Assembly: GCA_043826565.1 (NCBI GenBank)
Contig: JBDRPX010000023.1
Span: 5,758-69,757 of the forward strand
DNA from: Candidatus Omnitrophota bacterium
Lineage (GTDB): Bacteria > Omnitrophota > Gorgyraeia > B26-G9
Reading direction: 5' to 3'
Length of the DNA stretch: 64,000 nt
Shown one piece after another: positions 57,168 through 64,000 of this stretch. The notes under the pieces are model-generated. The model was not told the origin of the DNA. It was given only the letters and a program-made list of their open reading frames with translations, and made no database searches. Position 1 is the first letter of the stretch. Each line of letters opens with the position of its first letter. The position numbers and the translations under genes were made by a program.

Positions 57168-58055
57168 TTATTTCCACTTCTTAGTTGAAGGGGAAATTTC
57201 CCAGATGAAGGGATTGTTCTTACGAATATAGAAATCATAATATCCAAGAAACCGGCTATAAATCTCTAAACATATAGCTCCCACAGCCCACATATTCTTT
57301 TTCATATCCCTCCAATATTTTTTCTTCAAGATAAGTTCAAACATGCTTCTTGTCGGATTCTGGGTGCTTACTTTGTAGTGTTGTGTCTTCATCAAATATT
57401 TATGTCCGGCGGCAATTCTTCTTCTTTGTCTAACAAAATCACGGATTGTCTCCGGTCCTTTATTATGAACAATAGCGTCCGCGACATAAGCTAGGGTATA
57501 TCCTTTATTCCTTACAATAGCTTCAATACTTGCTTCATCTACTGCCGTGTCATAAGGTATAGCCTTGACAAAACTTCTAAACGCCACCAATTCGCCTAAC
57601 TTTGGGGTTATCAGGGCTACTTGATGATGTTTCAACCAAAGGAAATGAACCGTAAAACCGATAAATGTATCCGGAGAATTCACCGGGATAGGATGGGCGC
57701 CGGTCATCCCTATAGAAGGATCTTTAAACGGCGCAACCAGTTTATTATAAGTTTCCGGATCCGGGATTGTATCGGCACTTTCCAAAATAAATATTTCACC
57801 GGCAGCTTCCGCAAGGAAAAGATTTATTGCCGATGCTTTTCCCTGCCTTGTGGTCTGAGAAATCAATCTGATGCGATTGTCTTTTTCCATAAAAGTACGG
57901 ACAATATTTTCAGTATTGTCTGTGCATCCGGAAGCTACAACAATAATTTCCGCAAAAAAAACATCAGTAAATTCCTGGGCTAATACTGCCTCCAGCAAGC
58001 GGCCGATATTGCCTTCCTCATTATAAGCCATTATTCCTAAAGATACTTTAGTCAT
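57168..58055 (-). CDS. GT2 glycosyltransferase
   Basis: MAYNEE, SGCTDNT, GKASAIN, SADT, VDE, QRRRI (QxxRW-like). Confidence 0.88.
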   Translation of the reverse strand: MTKVSLGIMAYNEEGNIGRLLEAVLAQEFTDVFFAEIIVVASGCTDNTENIVRTFMEKDNRIRLISQTTRQGKASAINLFLAEAAGEIFILESADTIPDPETYNKLVAPFKDPSIGMTGAHPIPVNSPDTFIGFTVHFLWLKHHQVALITPKLGELVAFRSFVKAIPYDTAVDEASIEAIVRNKGYTLAYVADAIVHNKGPETIRDFVRQRRRIAAGHKYLMKTQHYKVSTQNPTRSMFELILKKKYWRDMKKNMWAVGAICLEIYSRFLGYYDFYIRKNNPFIWEISPSTKKWK

Positions 58056-58834
58056 TATTCGTCTGAATTTTGCGAACTATTGGATACAAACTCGTCATAA
58101 TCTTTAAAGAAATACGACAAATGCTTAATAATTTTTGTAATTGGCGCACGAAAGCGTAAAGTAATCCAGAACGCTTCCCTGACAACTTTGCGCGATATTT
58201 TAGAATAACCGTGTTTTCTCTCTTTAAAAATAATCGGTATTTCGTGAACACTGAATTTATTTTTAAATGTCAAATAGATCATCTCTATCTGAAAAGCATA
58301 TCCGTCTGATTTTATACTATCAAGATCAATAGTTTCCAATACCTTACGACGATAACATCTATAGCCGGCAGTAAAATCCCAAACCGGACGAACCATTATA
58401 TAGGAAACATACATGTTCGCAAATTTACTAAGCAAAAGCCTCCGGAATTTCCACCCCTCTACCCTTACACCGTCTACATACCTGCTGCCGATAACTAAAT
58501 CATACTTCTTGGCTGCCTCGAGGAAATCCTCCAAATACTTAGGATCATGGGAAAAATCCGCGTCTATCTCAAAAATCAGGTCAGCGCCCTTTGCCAAGGC
58601 TTCCTTAAACCCCCGAACATAAGCCGTACCTAATCCCATTTTTTCAGAACGATGCACCACATTTATTCGGGAATCCTGTTTTGCCAGTTCATCAGCAATA
58701 TCTCCTGTACCATCAGGAGAACTATCATCAACTATAATTAGATTAAATTCAGGCTGAAGTGTAAAAATCTGTTTAATAAGCTCCTCGAGATTTTTAGCTT
58801 CATTATATGTAGGGATAACCGCAAATACTTTCAT
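58055..58834 (-). CDS. Polyprenol-monophosphomannose synthase (Dpm1/Ppm1-like GT2)
   Basis: IPTYNE, VDDSSPDGTG, K.GLGTAY..GF, DADFSHDP, GSRYV, GYAFQIEM, PI.F.ER..G.SK. Confidence 0.93.
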   Translation of the reverse strand: MKVFAVIPTYNEAKNLEELIKQIFTLQPEFNLIIVDDSSPDGTGDIADELAKQDSRINVVHRSEKMGLGTAYVRGFKEALAKGADLIFEIDADFSHDPKYLEDFLEAAKKYDLVIGSRYVDGVRVEGWKFRRLLLSKFANMYVSYIMVRPVWDFTAGYRCYRRKVLETIDLDSIKSDGYAFQIEMIYLTFKNKFSVHEIPIIFKERKHGYSKISRKVVREAFWITLRFRAPITKIIKHLSYFFKDYDEFVSNSSQNSDE

Positions 58835-58924
58835 ATAAAATTCTCACTTTTTTTTATTAACATATTGCAAGTATTTATCTTAACTATTTTACCGCACATC
58901 CCGCAACGGGACAAGTAGTTTTAA

Positions 58925-58953
58925 AATATATCATAATTTCCCATAAGTTGCAA
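58925..58953 (-). promoter_or_regulatory. Putative sigma70 promoter of the 29-kb lipid/glycan operon
   Basis: Minus strand TTGCAA-17 nt-TATATT, with TG one base before the -10; same -35 hexamer as at 29632-29637. Confidence 0.5.
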
Positions 58954-59061
58954 ATATGCCCTCAATTTATCTTACGATTTTTTCACCAATTTTCACTATT
59001 TAAATCGCAACATATTAATAATAAAGTAGTTACAGATAAATCATCTCCTAATCAATAATCG

Positions 59062-59089
59062 TTGAAATTACTCCGGAATATGCTATAAT
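59062..59089 (+). promoter_or_regulatory. Putative sigma70 promoter for 59109..59468
   Basis: TTGAAA-16 nt-TATAAT with extended -10 TG; SD ggag precedes the ATG. Confidence 0.6.
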
Positions 59090-59108
59090 TCTTGAAGATG
59101 GAGATACG

Positions 59109-59468
59109 ATGAGGAAAGTTAAAAAAATAAAATTTTTAGTGATAACAATAATCATATTTTTTTGCTGCAAATTGACGACTTGTTATAGTCAAACTTGTAC
59201 CAAGACTTCTCTTCCTGATACAACTGAAGATTATCTCAGTAATCATAGTGACACTGACAAAGAAGAACTCGACTTTTTCACAGACAGCATTACCGACAAG
59301 CCCAAAGAAATTCCTGTGTCCGAGACAAGCAAACAAGACTGGGATATCATGCCGGAAATTATCGGCAGAGATATAATAAAACAAGAATTAGGCAGCAATG
59401 ACGTTAATACAGAGAAACACGAACTATTCCTAAAAAAGTGGAACCTTCGTAACCGGTATAGAAAATAG
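59109..59468 (+). CDS. Hypothetical exported protein
   Basis: The only + strand ORF in its own intergenic space. Has a promoter, an SD and a basic-hydrophobic signal peptide followed by Cys residues. Confidence 0.65.
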   Translation: MRKVKKIKFLVITIIIFFCCKLTTCYSQTCTKTSLPDTTEDYLSNHSDTDKEELDFFTDSITDKPKEIPVSETSKQDWDIMPEIIGRDIIKQELGSNDVNTEKHELFLKKWNLRNRYRK

Positions 59469-59473
59469 CCTAA

Positions 59474-60868
59474 TCAAGCCAATAAGTCATCAACAATACT
59501 TTTACTAATAAGACCTTTTTCAAACAGCTCTTCCGCGGAGCGGTGTATTGAGCGCATTCCATACTCAGTATCTTCTTTAATAATCGAATTCAGTTTTTCT
59601 AAAAACCCCTCTTTTATCGCCTGGGAAACTTTCGGGCTGTTGATCAAAATTTCCGCTGCCGGCACACGCTGATCTTTATTAATTTTTTGCGGCAATAATG
59701 CCTGTGTAATAACACCCTGTAAACATTCCGCGATCATCCCCCTTATATCGGCACGCTTGCCCTCCGGGAACAAGTCAATCATCCTTCTCAAAGCATTGCC
59801 CGAATCAGAAGCACAAACAATGACAAAAACCAGGCATCCGTTTAATGCCGCATCTAATATTGATTTGGCTGTCTGCCAATCCGGCATTTGGCTGACCACA
59901 ATTACATCAGCATCTTGCCGTAAGGATTGTTTTATTGCTGAAGAAAAAGATTCCCCGTTAGTTATTTCCTTCTGCCGCACTACCGCTTGATTTGAAGCAT
60001 ACATATGTTCAATCGGCTGCTCAAAAGACATGATCACACATGAACGCTGCGCACTAATTTTATTTATTAAAGAAGAAGCAGTAGTTGATTTTCCCGAACC
60101 GGGAATGCCGGAAATTATAACAAGCCCGGATTTTCTCTCGGTAAATCTCGTCACAACATCAGGTAATAACAGTTCCGGCAAATCAGGAATTGACGACGAA
60201 ATCAAATGCAGGACTGCTTCTACTCCATTTTTTGAATTAAAAACACTTAATCGAAAACGAAACATATCCGCGATACTAACTACTACAACTAAAAAAGAAT
60301 CCTTAATGAACTGTTTTTTTTGCTCTTTACTCAAGACACTGTAGATCATTTTTTCAATATCTTCTTTGCCCAAAGCCTCCCCCTTAGATGCGATAAGCTC
60401 GGAGCCTTTTCTAAACAAAGGAGGATGTCCAAAAGAAAAATGAATATCGGAAGCTTTCTGATCAAATGCCTCTTTCAACAAACTACTTATATCTATTTGC
60501 TCAATTGCGTGTTGAAGCAAAACTCTTTGATTATCCGCAATTTGCGTAATTGCCGCAGCTACTCCATAAATCTCTCCCACCTGAATTTCTTCAGCTCGGA
60601 CAATCCTGGCTTTAAGTAATACCGGCGAGGGAAAAGACGACGCATTTAACTTAACTTCCAGGATTGTATTTAACCCGAGCGGATAATATGTCTCAAAATA
60701 AATACCGGCAGCACTTATATTTTTGGTCAGAGACTTATTCCATTCTGTATCACTGCCGTCTTCCTGAACCGCTCTGTATTCCATTGTCAGCTCACTAGCT
60801 ACACGATAATGACGCCGTCGGTCATCCCAACTCTTGTGATTATCTGTTTCCTTTTTAAACATCCGCAT
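59474..60868 (-). CDS. PilZ domain fused to a PilT/PilU-like ATPase with degenerate motifs
   Basis: RRRHYR and NISAAG PilZ motifs; ASDIH, RFR, GIPGSGKST, EQPIE, LRQDADVI, Q.L.P...RVPA.EIL. Confidence 0.85.
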   Translation of the reverse strand: MRMFKKETDNHKSWDDRRRHYRVASELTMEYRAVQEDGSDTEWNKSLTKNISAAGIYFETYYPLGLNTILEVKLNASSFPSPVLLKARIVRAEEIQVGEIYGVAAAITQIADNQRVLLQHAIEQIDISSLLKEAFDQKASDIHFSFGHPPLFRKGSELIASKGEALGKEDIEKMIYSVLSKEQKKQFIKDSFLVVVVSIADMFRFRLSVFNSKNGVEAVLHLISSSIPDLPELLLPDVVTRFTERKSGLVIISGIPGSGKSTTASSLINKISAQRSCVIMSFEQPIEHMYASNQAVVRQKEITNGESFSSAIKQSLRQDADVIVVSQMPDWQTAKSILDAALNGCLVFVIVCASDSGNALRRMIDLFPEGKRADIRGMIAECLQGVITQALLPQKINKDQRVPAAEILINSPKVSQAIKEGFLEKLNSIIKEDTEYGMRSIHRSAEELFEKGLISKSIVDDLLA

Positions 60869-61196
60869 GCCTCCTCATGAAAAACGTTTTCTCAAAATCC
60901 AGTAATTCCTTTTTGAATTGTGTTCCCAAAGAGTATCCTCCCAAATTACCTCCGCAAGCTACCACCCGATGGCAGGGAATCAATAATGGTAAGGGGTTTT
61001 TCTTAAGTGCTTGTCCCACAGCACGCTGCGCATTCGGATGTCCAATACGTTCAGCCACCCATTTGTAGGTTCTAACTTGTCCGGGCTTTATTTCACAAGC
61101 CGCTTTTAATACTGCTTTTTCAAAAGGTGTACAGCTATTTAATATGATATCAATACTTTTTCCAATATTCAACGATATTCTTTGCGGTTTTTGCAT
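60855..61196 (-). CDS. ogt: Methylated-DNA-protein-cysteine methyltransferase (short, DNA-binding/active-site domain)
   Basis: G.VRTY..VA..IG.P.A.RAVG.AL..NP...IPCHRVV...GGY; exact start uncertain. Confidence 0.9.
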   Translation of the reverse strand: MQKPQRISLNIGKSIDIILNSCTPFEKAVLKAACEIKPGQVRTYKWVAERIGHPNAQRAVGQALKKNPLPLLIPCHRVVACGGNLGGYSLGTQFKKELLDFEKTFFMRRHADV

Positions 61197-62553
61197 CGAT
61201 TCCCCTTATTTGGGTTAGCTTTACTGTCGTAAGCCTCTTTAACGCAGTAGGATTATTAAAAAACTCGCGTAATAATTTTCGCTTTTTGGGACCTATACCG
61301 GGGATTTGATCAAGCGCAGAAAGGAGCATTTCTCTTTTTCTTAAGACCCGATGATATGATACCGCAAAGCGATGCGCCTCATCACGGATTCTCATTATTA
61401 ATAATAATGCTTTAGAGCGCCTTGCCAGCGCCAGCGGCTTACCCTGCCACTGCACATAAATATGCTCAAATCGTTTAGCAATACTAATAATCGGGATAGA
61501 AACTCCGGATTTTAAAAGAGCGCTGCCGGCACATTCTAAATGCCCTTTTCCCCCATCGATAAGAATTAAATCCGGTAATTCAAGATCATCCCGAAGCCGT
61601 CCCTGATATCGTCTGGTTACCACTTCTTTGATCATCGCATAATCATTAATTCCCCGAACTGTTTTTATTCTAAACCGGCGATATTTATCTTTTTGTGCGT
61701 ATCCATTTTTAAACCGAACCATCGAACCGACTGCTTCAGCCCCGGATACATTAGAAATATCAAATCCTTCAATAATGTCCGGTAATCGTTTAAGCCGGAG
61801 GATATTCTGCAACTCCTCAAGCGGAGATCCACCGGCAATACGCGAATGGGGAAACCTACTCACTGAACTTAAACTCTCAATCTCATCACGCAACCGGGCC
61901 GCTTCTTCAAAGTTATGAAGTTGAGAAGCCTGAGACATCTCCTGAAGCAGTTTCTTCATTAATATCGCTTTTTTCCCTTGTAAAAAAAGCAAAACATTAT
62001 CAACAACCCGATCGTATTCTTTCTTAGTAACACTGCCAATACACGGGCCTAAACACTGCTTAAGATGATAATTTAAGCAAAGTGAACCCGGCATAACTTT
62101 ACACGTTCGCAAGGGAAATATTCTTCTCATAAAGGCCAGCGCCTGGTGCAAAAGACGCGCCGAAGTATACGGCCCGAAATAACGTGCCCCGTCATTCTTC
62201 TTTCTCCGAACAACAAGCAATCGTGGAAAATTTTCACGGATAGTCAATTTTAACAGCGGATAAGATTTGTCATCCTTAATTGCGGTATTATATTTAGGTC
62301 TATGCTCTTTAATCAATCCGGCTTCTAAGATCAGCGCTTCGGCCTCAGAACAAGTAGTAACAAAATCCAAATCATTGATTTTACAAACCAGCGCTTGCTG
62401 CTTAATAGTTTTTACCGAAGAAGTAAAATATGAGCTAACCCGCTTTTTTAATGAAGAAGCCTTCCCGATATAAATTATTTTATCGGAAACATCTTTCATT
62501 AAATATACACCCGGCCCATCCGGAAGTGTTTTAATCTTTTCTTTCAAATTCAT
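61150..62553 (-). CDS. uvrC: Excinuclease ABC subunit C (compact form)
   Basis: PGVYLM..IIYIGKA..L..RV.SYF GIY-YIG, FE.AA.LRD, EGFDISN, LIDGG.GH, RDEAHRFA, HhH IPGIG. Confidence 0.95.
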   Translation of the reverse strand: MNLKEKIKTLPDGPGVYLMKDVSDKIIYIGKASSLKKRVSSYFTSSVKTIKQQALVCKINDLDFVTTCSEAEALILEAGLIKEHRPKYNTAIKDDKSYPLLKLTIRENFPRLLVVRRKKNDGARYFGPYTSARLLHQALAFMRRIFPLRTCKVMPGSLCLNYHLKQCLGPCIGSVTKKEYDRVVDNVLLFLQGKKAILMKKLLQEMSQASQLHNFEEAARLRDEIESLSSVSRFPHSRIAGGSPLEELQNILRLKRLPDIIEGFDISNVSGAEAVGSMVRFKNGYAQKDKYRRFRIKTVRGINDYAMIKEVVTRRYQGRLRDDLELPDLILIDGGKGHLECAGSALLKSGVSIPIISIAKRFEHIYVQWQGKPLALARRSKALLLIMRIRDEAHRFAVSYHRVLRKREMLLSALDQIPGIGPKKRKLLREFFNNPTALKRLTTVKLTQIRGIDAKTAKNIVEYWKKY

Positions 62554-64000
62554 ATTTTAAATGTAATTCTTGAAATATTCCGAGAAACCAGCCAAACAGC
62601 ATATAAAATATTACCCCCAGAGCAATGGCCATAACCAACCCCACCCAGTCCTTCAGAAAACCGGCAAAAAAATTATAGCTATACCAGCAAATGACGCCCA
62701 TAATTACAGACAGGCTAACCGTAATAACCGCACTTCGTGTCAGTCTTTTAAACCTGATTCTTCCAATCTTTTTCTGCAAACAAGATAAAAGTATGAAAAA
62801 ATTAACAATTGAAGAAACCGATGTCGCTAAAGCCAGCCCTCCGGCTTTTAGCGGTCCCATAAAAGCAATGTTTAGAACTATGTTTAGCAACAAACATACC
62901 AGAGTAATCTTTACCGGAGTAAACGTATCTTTCAAAGCATAAAAACAAGTTGTTATAACCTTTACTCCGCTATAGGCAAATAGACCAACGCAATAAAAAA
63001 GAAGTGCCTCCGCCGTCATCTGCGCGGCAATATTATCAAATTGCCCGCGCTTAAAAACAATATTAATGATCGGCGCTGATAAAACCATAAGTCCCATAGC
63101 TGAAGGAACAAGAAAAATCATCATCGCTCGTAAGGAAAAAACCAGGGTCTTTTTTAAATTATCAAAATCATTTGCTGCTGCCTGATGCGACATCGTCGGC
63201 AAACAGACTGTCGCCATAGATGTCCCGAATATTCCGGTAGGAAACTGGATCAACCGCGTACCCAAATATAGCGCCACCACTGCCCCTTCACCGACAATAT
63301 ATCCTAAACTGGCAAACATTGTATCCACAAAAATACTGAGCTGATAAATACTGGATCCCACCATCCTCGGGACAAGCAAAGTTCCAATTTTTTTAGCCGC
63401 CGGATGGAATAATGTAGCCGGTAAATGCAATCTAAAACCTTTTTTAATAAGTACGGGTATTTGCACCGCCAACTGAAAGAACCCGCCGATCAATACGGCA
63501 TAGGCCATTCCGAGAATCGGCTCATCCATTCGCCGACAAACCGTCAGCCCGAAAATGATCATAATAATATTCAAAAAACAAGAAGACGCCGCGGATATAG
63601 CAAAATGCTTTAAAGTATGCAAGACCCCCATTACATATGCCGCCAAGCCGATAAAAACAATAAATGAAAACATTATTCTGGTAAGTTTTACCGTAAGCGC
63701 AAATTTTGCCGCATCATGGACAAACCCAAAAGCAATTATTCTCACAATAAACGGAGACAGGACAACACCTAAAATCGCAATAGCGGTAAGCACGATTGAA
63801 AAAATCACAAACAAGAGACTAGTCAGTTCCCATAATTCCTTTTTATCTTTTTTCACCGCGAATTCGCTTAATACCGGAATAACCGCGGCATTCGTTGCCC
63901 CCTCTCCAACCAAATTTCGCAAGGTATTAGGAATACGAAAAGCAACGACAAATGCCTGCGCCGCCATTTTCGTTCCAAACAGGTAGGCTATAATAATATC
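62531..64000 (-). CDS. murJ: Lipid II flippase MurJ (5' end outside the window)
   Basis: AFRIPN..R.L.GEGA...A.IPV, RL.QFP.GIFG, F.RG.F, FYAL.DT.TP, GLALATS. Confidence 0.95.
   Translation of the reverse strand, partial: DIIIAYLFGTKMAAQAFVVAFRIPNTLRNLVGEGATNAAVIPVLSEFAVKKDKKELWELTSLLFVIFSIVLTAIAILGVVLSPFIVRIIAFGFVHDAAKFALTVKLTRIMFSFIVFIGLAAYVMGVLHTLKHFAISAASSCFLNIIMIIFGLTVCRRMDEPILGMAYAVLIGGFFQLAVQIPVLIKKGFRLHLPATLFHPAAKKIGTLLVPRMVGSSIYQLSIFVDTMFASLGYIVGEGAVVALYLGTRLIQFPTGIFGTSMATVCLPTMSHQAAANDFDNLKKTLVFSLRAMMIFLVPSAMGLMVLSAPIINIVFKRGQFDNIAAQMTAEALLFYCVGLFAYSGVKVITTCFYALKDTFTPVKITLVCLLLNIVLNIAFMGPLKAGGLALATSVSSIVNFFILLSCLQKKIGRIRFKRLTRSAVITVSLSVIMGVICWYSYNFFAGFLKDWVGLVMAIALGVIFYMLFGWFLGIFQELHLKYEFERKD

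Noticed and set aside
23-63986. The many + strand and nested short ORFs in the track (e.g. 23..448, 1135..1575, 24593..25198, 63555..63986)
   Set aside because: They are antisense or off-frame shadows of well-supported minus-strand genes, with no recognisable motifs.

Overview
AT-rich bacterial window; almost every gene is on the minus strand. Read in transcription order (right to left) it has three blocks. (1) 59.5-64 kb: housekeeping genes murJ (partial), uvrC, an ogt-like gene and a PilZ-PilT fusion with degenerate catalytic motifs. (2) 29.7-58.8 kb: a ~29 kb operon that looks like an uncharacterised isoprenoid (glyco)lipid pathway. It encodes dxs, idi, an IspA-like protein that has lost its Asp-rich motifs, UbiA, GGR-like, CrtI-like and CrtC-like proteins, a rifampin-phosphotransferase-like kinase, three radical SAM enzymes (two B12-type), GT1/GT2/GT-C glycosyltransferases and a flippase. 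(3) 1-29.5 kb: a Wzx/Wzy-dependent exopolysaccharide locus with wza, a chain-length protein, a tyrosine kinase and nucleotide-sugar enzymes. It also has an ACP/acyl-CoA ligase/AsnB/amidotransferase module and a duplicated GNAT + ATP-grasp pair. The most striking unexplained structure lies at 17.9-27.1 kb. Three four-helix-bundle (23S rRNA IVP-like) genes sit at gene junctions. Each is bracketed by its own degenerate 7- or 8-nt tandem array, with the upstream array complementary to the downstream one. The same stretch holds a gene-less inverted pair of 9-nt arrays and several orphan arrays, two of them in-frame inside enzyme genes. I saw no rRNA, tRNA, CRISPR, transposase or reverse transcriptase. 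All calls come from reading motifs by eye; no searches were run.
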